This document shows, in pieces, positions 48,981 to 61,219 of a DNA stretch of 64,000 nucleotides. The notes under the pieces are model-generated. The model was not told where the DNA came from, made no database searches, and saw nothing but the letters and a program-made list of their open reading frames with translations. The translations under genes were made by a program, and so were the position numbers. The DNA comes from Raillietiella orientalis (Eukaryota): contig JAYWIR010000020.1 in assembly GCA_036172245.1 (NCBI GenBank), positions 186,001-250,000 on the forward strand, read 5' to 3'. The stretch's first letter is position 1. The number at the start of each line of letters is the position of its first letter.

Positions 48981-51030
48981 CTCAAAGAGTTCGACTGAGT
49001 TGACCAGGAGCTTCTTTTAGAGCTTCTGGAACCCCTGAGACTTCCAGCCGTCTTCCTGGCCTACCTACGCTCCAGCTGGCGCTCTGCAATGCTGAACATT
49101 TTTTTCAGTGGCAGGCATGTGTACCATTCCGGTGCAGCGCGGAGTGGGGCAGGGAGGCAGGCTGAGCTCCTTGCTCTTCAGCGCCTACTTTGAGTTGGTG
49201 CTGAGAGCGAACAAGGATACTCTGACTTCCCTGCCAAGCTCGTGCTCCGGTATGCCTGCCCTGCAGCCTATGCAGATGACCTCTTGCTGCTGCTCCCCAT
49301 GTCTTCCCTTGCAGACGCATTCGAGGAATTCTTCGAGCTGTTAAGTAGGGGAGCGGGCATGGAGGTAAACAGAGCAAATTCAAGCGTTTGCCCGGTCCGC
49401 GCTACGTGGACTGGGCAGTCGGACTGGGTCCGTTTGGGGATCCCCACGGTTCGGTGTTTCAGGTATCTAGGCGTGCCGTTGAGGGGCGTTTTCTTTACGG
49501 AAGCGTGGTCCGGCTGTCTCCAGAAGGCAGAGTCGTCGCTCGACCCTTCCAAGAAAGCAACTTCCAGTTTCCGGAACGGACCGTCATTTGGAATGCTTTT
49601 GTGACCTCTGTCCTCCGACCCATGCTTTTTGTTTGCCCTGTCCCCGCTCCGGTATGGTAAAACGGATAAAGGACCTTCTTCTAAAAGCCCTCTGTGGCAA
49701 TGATCCCAAGTCCGATTAAAAGACTTGTGCGCTCCTCGTCGCGACGAGGACTTGGACTCCTGACGTTGGAGCGCATGGAAGTTCAACTGAACTTCCAAAG
49801 GCTAACCTTCGTGGCACAGAACTGGGTCACCCATTGGTGTGCCCCTGCACGTTTGCTCTCCCGGCTGGGGGTTGGTGGCGAAGGACTCTCAACCCTGTTT
49901 GCGTGTCACCATCGCCGCCTCCCACCTTGCGGCTTCCCCTCCGGTGCGTCGCTGCTATGGTGAGAGCGAGCATGTAGATTTCCTGCCGCCCTGCAAACAC
50001 TCCGGCCTGGAGACAGGAGAAAGTGAGGACGTGGGCCTAGTTCACCTGTGCCCCGCCGGAAGTTACCCGCTGCTGAGAGTTTCAGAAGAACAGCGGAAGA
50101 ACACTGGAGGCGGTGGGTAGTGAGCTGATCATTTTGGCCAATCCACCAGTCACCCCCTTCGCCGCAGCAATTTTCTCCGCTATTGACCTACATGGCACCT
50201 GCCTGTCGGCGAAATGGGAGGTTTCCTGCGAGATCTCGGCCCTCAGGAAGCCTATCGGTGGCTGGACTACGCGACAGCTGGCTGGCACGGCAACAGCTAG
50301 AACTGTCTCCAAAGGACTGGAACGTTGAAGCGAACTCTTCTCCATTCAGCCTGAAGAGTTAAAAGTGCTCCCTGTATTCATGGACAGGAAGCTGCTTCCC
50401 TCAAGTGGCAGCAATCGGCATTGCTGGTGCTGCACTGAGGTCTCCCGTGCAATGAGCGTCGGCACCACTGGACGAGGGGAAGCGCATCGCCGAACTGTGT
50501 CAGGTGTGGAGAGGAGAATTTTTCCCACCTCATAGTGCAGTGTGTCACCCTACGGGTATTGTGAGAACTTTTTTCCGCGTTCCTTTCTAATCCCGTGGAC
50601 GATCTTAGAGACTCTTTGAGACTCCTCTTCGTGCGGGAAGCCATGACGCCCACAGCCTCAATAGCAGCGCTGTGCTGCGTGCTCGGTGTCGTAGCGGCGA
50701 AGTGTGGAGCCGAGAGAGGTCGAAGAGATGGAGAAGGGAGCTTCCCTGCACGCCATCCACTTCCTGCAGATAGTTTTGAGGTGGCCCCACCTGAAAAGGA
50801 AGAAGGAGGAACTCGCCGGCATCCTTCCACGGATGCAGAGGTCTCACCCGTCACAAAATGTAATCCCTTCCCTTCCTCCCAATTACTTTTTTCTTCTTTT
50901 GTGTTTTTGTTGTTGTTGTTTTGTTAATCTTTATTGTTTGTTATATCTTTCCTTTTGTTTTAATTCTGTTTCATCTCCCTTCCCCTTCGTGTACGTGATG
51001 GACCTCGCCGGCTCTCCCTCTTGTTTCCTA
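48967..51030 (+). mobile_element. LINE family 1 ORF2 from RT core to 3' UTR, decayed, copy D
   Basis: KEFD*VDQELLL, QRGVGQGGRLSSLLF (about 49135-49179), AYADDLLLLL (YADD at 49269-49280), VNRANS, RYLGVPL, CVRCGEENFSHLIVQC and RWPHL..ELAGIL. Several frameshifts and stops. Confidence 0.92.
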
Positions 51031-51229
51031 ATGTAATAATTGGAATCGATGAGTCTTTTCGCTCCATCGATTCCTGCAAGAGGAATAAGCTCCCCACAAG
51101 CAAGCGTCACACAGGAAATCACAGCGCTTTTCTGCGGCCTACCTCCGGTGAAGAAGCGTCTCAGAAGTCCAACACGGTGTCCTGCGGTTGTCGGAGCGCC
51201 GGAGCGAGTCCCCGCCACAAGTCCGCGAG

Positions 51230-52450
51230 GGCACCGCGGTCCAACAGAAGGTGCATTGGAGAGATTTGATCGTCCGCACCTTGAACAGTTTGAGGGGGCA
51301 ATTCCCCGAACTGTTGGCTTATTGCACTGGAATCTCCAGTGCAGAAGCAGCAGACCATCCTGTTACCACTGGAGCGAGAACACGAAGGTGTCCACACACG
51401 TGGGAGAAACCTTCGGGAGCCACACTCAGAATGAGGCCGCACCATTGAAGCAGTCTCTTTTCCCGGAAACGTAAAGTGGAGGCATCCACCAACTCGCTCG
51501 TCTTGTAGCCATCTAGGAGTTTCTCGACTCCTGCCATGTTGCAGGAGAACTCCCACCCCGCCGGTTGACTGCTCCATTGCTTTCCCTGAGGGCATGCAGC
51601 GCTGCCGCAGGGGATGTGACGGCTATCCGGGACCAATGCCCCCAATCCTGCAGATCTCCCAGCTAGCCATGCCAGGATGTCTAGCCAAACAAATAAACAT
51701 CCAGCCACCGTGCCCTGGTGGAACGATTCGAAGAACGTCTACACTCATGTCGGTGGCTAAGAGAAAATTCCCTCATGCAAAATGCGTTCTGTACGGATGG
51801 GTTAAGGGGACAGTGTATATAACGATTTGGGGAAGCAGAGGGCGCAAACGTTGATCATCCCCGGGAAATGGGAGAGGGATATTCATCGGGTTTCTGTCCT
51901 GTGTCTTTTCTAAATCCTTATCCCGCGATCTGGGAAACGCCCTCTTTGATCTCGGGACGCATTTTGCCGCACCCTCCGCATCACGGTTTCGTCCTTGTTG
52001 GCAAAAAGCAGGTCCACGAAAGGCGCTTGAGGGCGAGTAGGGTGTTCCCTGATGAGGTGAGGACTTCTTGAGACGAGTTCTCCTCCGCATCTCGTAATCC
52101 TTGGCCTCTCGCTCATCACGGGGGGCTTCCCGCTGCTGGACCGCGCCTGTCCGCTCGGTTTTCGACACTGCGCTAGTCCGAGACCTGGTACTGCTCGACC
52201 ACGTGGACTTGCACGTGGTCGTCCGGAGGGTGTCTTAGACAGTGTTTCCTGTAGGTAACCCCTGATGTGGTATATGTCGTTGAACGACATTCAGCACAGC
52301 AGCTTGCTGCGGAGCACGGGCTCCAGACTTCTCCAGATCGGACACGGGAGCCACCGTGCCCCTTTGGTACTCGCGCGCACTTGCCAGGAGAGAACAGGCA
52401 CACACGCTGCAATACCTTGGAACACCTTTCCGCCAACATGTTTGTCAAAC
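51230..52450 (+). mobile_element. Most complete putative LINE ORF1-family remnant, with CCHC knuckle-like end
   Basis: GQFPELLAYCTG, ILQISQL, STLMSVAKRKFPHAKCVLYGWVKG, DHVDLHVV, VVERH, VPLWYS and TRCNTLEHLSA-(C) (about 52402-52441, CX2CX4HX4C-like with lesions). Confidence 0.55.
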
Positions 52451-55214
52451 AGGGAGTGCAAACGAAGGAAAGGAAGAACAGTCGGGAAGAATCCGAGCAG
52501 ATATAAATCCCCGGTTAGAAAGAGAACTGGTGGGAGCTTCTCGAAGAGACGAACGGGCAGGCATGGAATGTGCAGATGCAGGTGGTACATCTCATCGCAT
52601 TCATTTCCAGGGTTTTCGGTCTTTATTGTGCTCGGTCGGGATCATCCATTTGTTGACAGCAGGGGGGTTGACTTTGAATGTTACAGAGAGTTTCTTGGAG
52701 CTGGAGGCGTAAGGGAATGTTACCAGCACTTCCGGATACCGGCACATGGGATGCCTCGGAGGCAGAGGTCCCTGTGGAATCCAATTTCCTGGGTTTCGTG
52801 GTTTTTGAGGGGTTTAATATTAGAGCTCCAAGGACACGGATTAGTGCGGCTGAGTAGTAAGCACAAGTATGAATTATTCGGGTGCTCATAATGGGGGCCG
52901 GAGTAGTGGGCGATGAGATTAGGGAGGGACATGATACGTTTCCAACATGGCTTATAGGATAATTGTGGCTGATTTGTCGGCAGAGTATTATGAGGGCAGT
53001 TTTGGGTTCACTGCGAGATGGCAAGCGAGAACTTCTATTGATGATAGCTCGCGGCCATGCGTCTTCTGACTTGAGCGTCTTGACTTTTTTTACTTTTCTT
53101 TCCTTTTTTGGCTTTCCCTTCCTCCTCTTGAATGCTGCTCTGGTTAAGTGATTAGAGAGGCCATCCGTTTGTTCAGTGGGTAGAGCGAAGATTGATTTTG
53201 GCTAGACGAAGGGTCTGAATAGGTCTTCCTGCTTTTTGTGCTTTTTTTGCTCGCATCGCATCCACGAATAGTGGATTTCACAGGGGAAAGCATTAGGTTA
53301 GTAATCATCATGCACATTTACAATCTATGAATCATGGTATGCAGAGGTACATTCATTATGAGGACGTTTGATTGGAGGAATCGTGGTACATGTGCTGATG
53401 CGAGTGCGAGGTCGCTGCTAGGACTCTTGGTTCAGCCCACAAGAAGCCAAAGCCCTACCTGGAAAGATAGGGCTTTGGTGAAAGATAAACTATCCAGAGG
53501 GTGAGATTCTCGCAGTCTCCTGAAGCGCTCTCAGGAGCGGAAGTTTGGCATCTCTTCCAGCCGGAGATTCCAAGCGTCAACTCGACGGTTTTAGAGAGGA
53601 GAGAAGCAGAGAATGGTACTCCTGCAGAGCAATTATCAGCAGCCCTGTGGTCATTCTATTCCCTGGTCGAGAGAAACCGATAGAGGGTCATCCTGCCAGT
53701 GCACGAATTTCCGAAAGCAAGAGGAACCTTTGGACTTCTCGCAGGCCTTACTACGTTGCGAAGAGACCTCCTCGGTTTCGCTCCACCTCCTTGCCCCCTT
53801 TTTTTTGCGTCCTCCAAAATCACATGCGATCTTGGAAACGAAGTGTGAAGAGCTGGTGCCTTAGAGGCAGAAAGCTGCAAGACCCGATGGAACCCGAGGA
53901 ATGACCCGAGGAATCCTTGGACCCTGTCCAGCTTAGGGTCCCACAGATTATGAATCTCCTGAATCCAGTTTTCCGATGGGTCTGGAGACACATCGTATCT
54001 GCAGAGGTTGATGAACTACTTGGCGGTACTAAAAAGCGTTGTAGGGCAAGAAAGCACCTGAAAGTGCGTGGCGGCTTTAGGTATGGAAATTGGGGTATAA
54101 AAGGGAGCAAACGGCTACAAGACGTCAGAGCAGTTACTAAGAGATGGAAGTTTGAAAACGAAGAAGGAGCAGGTGACTTCTTCTATTCCAGTACGCTTGT
54201 TGTTGCTCCCATTCTTAACGAAGGACCAGGGAGATGCAGAGGGCAGAGGAAGGAGAGAGTGGAGATTGGCCTCTATTGACAGCATGCAGAAGGGTTCTGC
54301 ATCTGAGGAAGCGAAATCTCTGAAGAAGAAGCAAACGAACGATCGAATCTGAGTTTTACGCCACGACTTGGCGCGATGGCGCACCTTCTGTTGCGGGTCG
54401 AAAAGACGTCTTTCCCTACGCCAATCACGAATCTCAGGGTGCATTTCTACGCTCCAGGTGGGATGCTGTGGATGGAGTGGAGTCTGCGAGTTTGCAGTGC
54501 ATGCGGAGCTGATCACCACGTAAGTTCGTAGCCTCGGCGAACTTCGCAATTCCCGTTGCAGGGTTCATTGTTCACTAGGTTACCTGACTTCACCGGAAAG
54601 GCTTCTCACTTTCGCTTTTCGTGGTTTCGTTGGTGCAGGCGAATGGTTCGTCTTCTCTTCAGACCCTTATTTGGCATGAACTTCGTTCTGGCGCTCACCA
54701 CGAAACCCGCCTGGGTTCATAGGGGCCTTCCATTCACTTCGACGTTTCTACCGGGCACCAAGCTCAATGAAGTTCTGGAATATGAAACGACGTTGAAAAG
54801 GGACATATGAGGCACTTGCGGGGTAAGGATTTCCTCTGTCGTCTTCTTCTTCCACCTCTTTTCCTCAACTCTCCCTCTGATTTTCGAATGTTTCTGCCAT
54901 ACGATGTTCGCGGTTCTCAGCCCGGGAACACCATGCCCTTTTCATCCTATGTGCTCCTTCGCCTTCTTCCTTGGAATTTTAAACTTTCTCAGTACTTCAT
55001 CATTTTCCAGATCCCGCCATGTTATTTCTTACGACCACGGGCACTCCTTTGGTGGCGAAGAAAGGGTCTTTCGCTAAGTCACGCCGGAGCTTCAGTGTAA
55101 AAAGAAATTTCAACAACAAAACAGTCAAATGAATTTTTTCTTCGGTCGCGGGAGTTCCATAATTTCCCGCTAATCGGAGGATATCGCTGCAGCTGGAAGA
55201 GATCCCTTAAGGGA

Positions 55215-56520
55215 AAGAGAAGAAAAGGGGGATAAACAGGAAAAAATAAATAAATTTAAACAAACATAGTTTTAAATGTTTGGATCACAGAGTTCCTCCT
55301 CCGCATCTCATCCTATCAAGGATGCCGATGAGTTCCTTTTATTGTGCCTCAGGTGCGGCCATTTCACCGCGATCCTTAGGAACGAGGAGATGAAGGAGAT
55401 GACCTCTTTCCTGTTATTGCGGCCTCTGTCTTCGGAGCTTCCTGCTGCCACGATTCCGCGGACTCGGCGCAAAAACACACGGCAGCACGGCGACTGCGAT
55501 CGCCGCGCTGCCGTGTGTGAAGAGGCATCTCAATAAAAACCTCGGATTGTCTTCTGAGAAGTTCAGAGATGTGGTCGAACGTCTCCACACACACCGAAGG
55601 GCCCACTCCAAAAGCAGGTTTGGCAAGGTTTCCCTTTCGTCTCACCCGTGATACTCTGGTGCCGCACTTCCCTCGTCCAGCGGTGGGGGCGTGTTGCATG
55701 GGACAGCCCAGCGCAGCAGTCGCAACGCCTAGTACTGTCACTCCAGGGCAAGAAAAGAGCTGTATCCAAGAACACCGTGGAGATCTCCACTTCCTCCGAC
55801 GGGATTCCAAGGAGATCTGTCCAGCGGAGAAGTCCTTTGGGGAGGGCGGGTAGACAAGTCAGCCAGTCAACGCGCAGTCCAGCATCCAAATAGCTTCTTT
55901 CGCTTGTGATCTCGCAGTTTATATTCCATCTTGCAAACTCGTGACTGTCCTGGCTATCTAGCAGGGACAATGTGGTCGTAGCAAGAGGATTGCTGGACCC
56001 ACAGGGTCTTCCTGGGGCAGTCCATCATCTCGGCGAGCAGCGAGAGTAATTGGAAGATCGCAGACGTTGCGTTTCTTTCAGGTTCGTGCCAATTATCTAC
56101 GCCTTCTTCTGAACTGCTTTCTGTTTCCAGGCGCAAGAGTTCTTCGGCGAGCGGGAGACCCAAGCATGTCTCACTCCAAGGCAACCATGTGCAGGAGTGG
56201 ACAGCCGCATCGCGGACGCCTTCGGCCAGGTAAGTCCCTCCGAGACGGCTGCCCGCATGGCCAGGTTCATGACCGGTGCGCAACAACGGGTGCTCCAAAC
56301 TTCCCCGTCAGGGCTGGGTCTGGTGTTTCATCCTTTCCAGCGTCGAGACGCCGAATCTGCCGTCCAGACGGGAAGTGCAAGAGTTCTTCAAGCGGACTCC
56401 GGAACTTTGCGTGCTCCAGAGGGCTTTTCGCAGATGGATCTCGGTTCTCTTCTTTATAATACTGGGTTGGAGCAAAGAATCTTCATGGGTCGGAGGATAG
56501 AACCGAAGGGAGGAATCGAA
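55215..56520 (-). mobile_element. LINE family 1 ORF2 post-RT region plus 3' UTR, copy F
   Basis: HLRKALWSTQSSGVRLKNSCTSRLDGRFGVSTLERM (compare LLRIALWGNGRARVRLKGLCAPRRDGGLGLLTLERL), DSQDSHEFARWNI, LPKGLLRWTDLLGIP, RWAVPCN and WPHL..ELIGIL. Confidence 0.85.
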
Positions 56521-56649
56521 GCAAAGAGTAAGCCTCGACGCTTGCGCATCTTCCTCTCTGCTTTGCCTCTTCCAAGGCTGTTGCTGAATGCTGGAGAGGA
56601 GACGTTAAGGATGAGTCCCCTTTCTACTCTCTAGAGCACCCGGTCGGTT

Positions 56650-57260
56650 TTGGCTCTCCGCTTGGTCCCGGGATGGTCTGGCCGGAGGCCATTAACTCCC
56701 AGTATGTTAACATGGGCTTGTTGATTTGGTCACCCACCTCTTCACGCCTCCCTGTGGTCATGCCCTGGTTATGGATGCACCTGTTTGGAATGTGACCCAG
56801 GGATTCCTCTCGCGTTCCACATCTTTTGAATAGACAACCTGGGCTGTTCCTGGCGAGGCGACGCCGGCTCACAGGCGGGAGGTCGGGTCGCGCTGAACCA
56901 AGGCGTCGTCGGCCACAGTTGAACAGAAAATGTCCTGAGGTGCGGCGCTGCTCGAATCGGGACGTCGCTCTTCCCGTGATCCAGTTACGCTGCCTGGTCT
57001 CTGAACCTCTATTTGGCTCCAAGCGATTTTCTTCCCCACGACTGCTGAGTCTCTAAACGCACTCTTGGACGTTCCTCTCTCAGACCTGCATTTTGGCTGC
57101 AAAATGGACGGTGGGAAGGAGTGCCTTCCCAGAGTCCAAGCGCTCCTGTTGTCGCACTGTGTGCATCCGGGAATTGCTTGAGCAGCACTCGATGAATTGT
57201 GGACTCCCCACGAGGAAGGCTCGTCGGCGTTTCCATGCAACGTTTCCATATTGCATGATA
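56650..57260 (-). mobile_element. Putative ORF1-family remnant directly upstream of copy F
   Basis: GESTIHRVLLKQFPDAHSATTG, QDIFCSTVADDALVQRDP and RCG...LGHIPNRC. Same strand as F and 5' of it. Confidence 0.5.
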
Positions 57261-58539
57261 ACTTGGAAACGAGCTTCTAGCTCGAATGCCTTCCTTAATT
57301 CTGTTTGGAACTGTCACGCGTGAAGCGTGACTTCCTTACCTACAATGAAGGTAACGGCTGCCTCTTTGGTCTTTCGAGTGAAAATGTACCAGACGCCGCT
57401 TGGTGATTGGATTTTGGAAGTCAGTAGCGTGGCTTGGAAGAAAAGATGACACCCTGTTTCACAAGTGGAAATCATTAAATGCCCTTGATAGATGGCGTCA
57501 GTTTTTACATTTTGTCCCTCGCCTTGCACTACCAGGAAGAGTGTTTCGCTTCTCGTTTGAGGACTTTGAACCCCTTCTGTCCTGAGAGGAACCAGACGCA
57601 TCAGGAAAGATCGGAAATCCGCTTAGATTTCGCTCACGTGCAAGTCCATCTGTTTTGCATCCATTTAGAACCGCCGATTCTGTTGTTCCGTTTGCTCGAT
57701 GGATTCTGCCATCCAGCAGATTTTCTTGATTTTCTTCTTTTCTTGATCGAGCTGCTTCATTTCATCTTGAAAGCAGTCTGAACTTCCTCAGTGTGCATGA
57801 AGAATTCGTTTTGGTGGCTATGTGGCGAACTGATGCCTCCCTTCGAATCTTTTGTTTTTGGTTGCTTGTTCTGGTAACACTGAAGATTCTTCCATCTACT
57901 TTTGGGGATTCTCTTACATGCATTAAAGAGAACCGTGCCTTTGTGATTTCCTGTTTTCTCAGGAATGGATCAGCCTTCTTTCAGTTCACACAGGGCCGTT
58001 TGGCTCTTCCTCAACCCGTATGCGGCTGTTAAGGACCTCGAAACTCTTATCATTTCAGCGAATGGAGGTCTCTGTGCAGACTGTGCGTGCAGCCAGCGGT
58101 GTTATGATTGAGTCGCTCTTCAGCCGTGCATGCATCTTTCGGAATCACGTAACAGCAGGAGGCGGAATACACACAAAAAAGCCTTTATGCAAATTGCACC
58201 ATAGAAGCATCTCAAACAGTTCCAAAGGGCAGACGACTTGGAAAACATCGCTACCGACAATTCAAGTCTTCTCAGGAAACAACTCTTATGCGCCTATGGG
58301 ATGACGGGCAGCGAAGTGGAAGAGCGGGAACAGCTCCGAATCTGCAATTCAAGGATGCACGACTGTGGGCTCAAAATCTGGAATCTTGCAACGAAAAAGA
58401 CAGATACAACAATAACGAGAAGCAAACATCGCTTCTTGCTTTCGTCCCATTCCGACCCGTAACTCTTTCGCTCCCATGAGATCCTGACCTCGCTTTTTTT
58501 TCTTTGGTCACAGACATTCTCCTGCTTGGGAATCTCAAT

Positions 58540-60260
58540 GAACACGGAAGAAGTCAAAAACTTCCATGTTCCCATCCTGAGTAAGGAGAAAACAAAGGTG
58601 TAGGAATGCCTTTAGGCATGGGGAACAGTAGTTGGTTCTCAGGGAAGGGAGCACCCCTGATGAAGATGTGATAACTTGAGAAGATGCCTCCAGGCGCGAG
58701 GAACAGAAAGTGGTCCTTTCCACATCTTAGGTTCAGCGATTTCATCAGCAGCGGTCGTCGTACCACTATGCTCCCAAACTTTCCTGAGAATTCCTCTTGC
58801 GCCGAGTTCTGCTCAAGGAACTGAGTGGTTTTCAGATCCTGATGGCGCTACCGAAACTCTTTCTGTTGAGTAGCCAAGGAGGTTAGCTGTATCAACTTTG
58901 TTTCCATTCTCTGTGATGATCCTACTTTCCCAAGACTCCCGAGAGGGGATGCTCCAGTCCGCAGTAGTTCCCTTGCAGCATAATCCGTCCACAAAGGTTC
59001 CTTCCCTTTTTCAATGACTTTGGTTTAAAATTGTATTTTCTTTTTTCGATGCTAATCAGACAGCAAAACACCTTCCCGGAACTTTTTCCGGTGATCCCCT
59101 CATTGCCATTGCAGGAGCTGTACCAAGCTCTGAAGATTCGGTCGATGCCCCTCAAGAGTCTTCAGAAAGTAGGGTGCTCAAGACAAGGCTGGTACCTTGG
59201 TTTTCCTCGTTTCCCCATCCGCAACTTGATGCTTTTCTTTAGACGGAACCCCTTTCCAAGTGAGTCTTTAGAAGCACCGAATAAGAACCCCATCGGTTCG
59301 TGTGCTGTCTCAGTGAGCAGCCGTTCTCGAGAATGCGTCCGTTACATTTACAATCATCAGTAACACCTTTCTTTGAACGCAACTTAAAAGATCCACCTCC
59401 CTCACCAACAGAGCGCGGATTCGAGAGATTCTGTACCCTGATCGGTGGCCATCCTAGCCTGGCCATTGAAAACTCTTGGAAAATCCATGCTTTTGGGACC
59501 AGGAAGTTCCATTGTCTATAGAACCTCTGGTCAGGCCGTAGACAATTTCCTTTCTGACCTTCTCAATAACCCTGGGAGATTGTGCCCTTTCCTCTCCTCG
59601 GAAAAAGTTTGGTACAATTTCTTGCACAGGTCTCGAAACAGGGACGTCAGCGACCCTAGCAAGGTGGAATCATTGGGTGGCAGGAAAAGTTGGCATCTTT
59701 ACAAGGAACACTTACCTCTGTGGATGCTTTTTTCTTCCACAATATCTCATTATCTCGAGTAAGGAAGTCCATTTTTCTTTGTTTAGATGGAAGTCTTTTG
59801 GAGCTGCTTGGGTTCTATGGTTTCCTATTTAATTTCGAGATATCTTCGTTAGGAACTGCGAAAATGTCTAAAGGACACCCTCAGGCCGAGATACATGGTG
59901 CGTGCAAATAAATCACGCTCTTCGGTGATCTATGAGAATCTCATTCACGATCGCCGAGGATTGCGGACAGCACGTGTGCTTTCCATCACAAGATGCAGGA
60001 GTGTCTTTGGAAACCTTTTTCTTTGGCACTGTCCCAGGAAACTCTCCTCGGACTCCGAAATCGCGCCCTTATAGAGAGCGACCGACCAAAGGGTTCAAGA
60101 AAAGCAGCAGATGTGATTTCGCCTGACGGCCATTTCGGAGGTGAACGTCGTGCTCATCTCGGAGAGAAGTTGGGAGGGACTGTTTCCAAAAAGAAGTTCT
60201 CTTCCTCGTGTTTGAAAAGGCTCGTTATCAATCATCCTGAAGTACTAAGATGGTCTTGTG
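58540..60260 (-). mobile_element. Highly decayed LINE ORF2 of a second, more AT-rich family
   Basis: Frameshifted motifs in order: GRQAKSHLLLF/LEPF (RT motif B-like), MYLGL, PRVIEKVRKEI, ARLGWP, PRAWRHLLKLSH and CSPC..LHLCF (zf-RVT-like). Confidence 0.5.
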
Positions 60261-60276
60261 CTCAGTCACGCCTAGA

Positions 60277-61070
60277 GAGTTTATTTAAGAAAGTATACAA
60301 ACAAGTTAGATACGCAGTGATCCAGGGGAATCAAAAGAAAGTTCAGGGGAAGGGTTCACCGAAACACAGGTTGGTTGTTGAGACCGTCCGTAGGAGGAGG
60401 AAAGGCGAGAATAAATGAAGAAATAAAGATCCTAGAGGATGGGGACAAGGATCTTTGGCACTAGCTGCTCCTTTCTTCTCAGTACCTGCGGCCAATGCCA
60501 GAGATCTCCAACTTGGTTTCTTCCTGCAGGTGAGGCCACCTCTCAGCTGTCCTTATGTAGGCGGCTACTGACGTGAGGATGACCTCCCTTTGCTGCTCCC
60601 AGGACCCCAGCACATGGCAGGCTGTGACGATGGTGCGGATGCAGCACGCAGCTGAAGCCACGACGCCTTTCGAGAGTCCATCGCCCTCGAAGAATCGCCG
60701 CAGCAGGTCTCCGGCGGTGGTCTTAGGCCTCAGCAGCCCTGAGACTAGCTTCCATCCCAGTTTCTGGAGGGTGCTGCAGTCCAACTACAGAGATTCGATT
60801 GTTCCGCAGCTTGAACAGATCGGGGACGCAGTCCCCTCGGAAACGAGGTGTCTTCTCTGGTTGCACTGGGAGCCCCAGTGCAGAGATAGCAGCACTTCGG
60901 AACACCAAAGTGCCCATACACAAGGAAGGGACCACAAGTTCTACAGGAAGCGCACGGTGGTCACCATGTGGCTACGGTTTCCTCGCGTTCCAGGATGGTC
61001 GGCAAGGAGAACATCTGCCTTCCATGTGACTGCAAGAGCAGCCGTAGAGGAAACGGATGAGCTGAAAAGG
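60277..61070 (-). mobile_element. LINE family 1 3' fragment, copy E
   Basis: LHWG..CN, VDCSTLQKLGWKL, AACCIRTIVTA and RWPHLQEETKLEISGI, then a T-rich UTR ending at AATAAA (60285-60280). Confidence 0.85.
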
Positions 61071-61219
61071 AGGTAAATCTTCCACTTGTAAACAACAAGC
61101 CGAATCCTCTTCCCCTTTGAATGAACCAGATGTGGTTTGGCACAGGGACGGTTCGAAGCTAAGATTCTTTATTAAATCTGTAGCATTGCTAGAATCAAAT
61201 CCAAGTCAACCCAAGAGCT

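Noticed and set aside
52740..54000. Possible further zf-RVT/LINE 3' remnants (MPRRQRSLW, LWLICRQ, CPA*G...ESPE)
   Set aside because: Motifs are too short and disrupted to support a call without a profile search.
56155..56200. Apparent CX2CX4H knuckle on the minus strand
   Set aside because: The segment aligns in another frame to ORF2 (RCGCPLLHMVAL versus RCGLQLRRVAAL), so the knuckle is coincidental.
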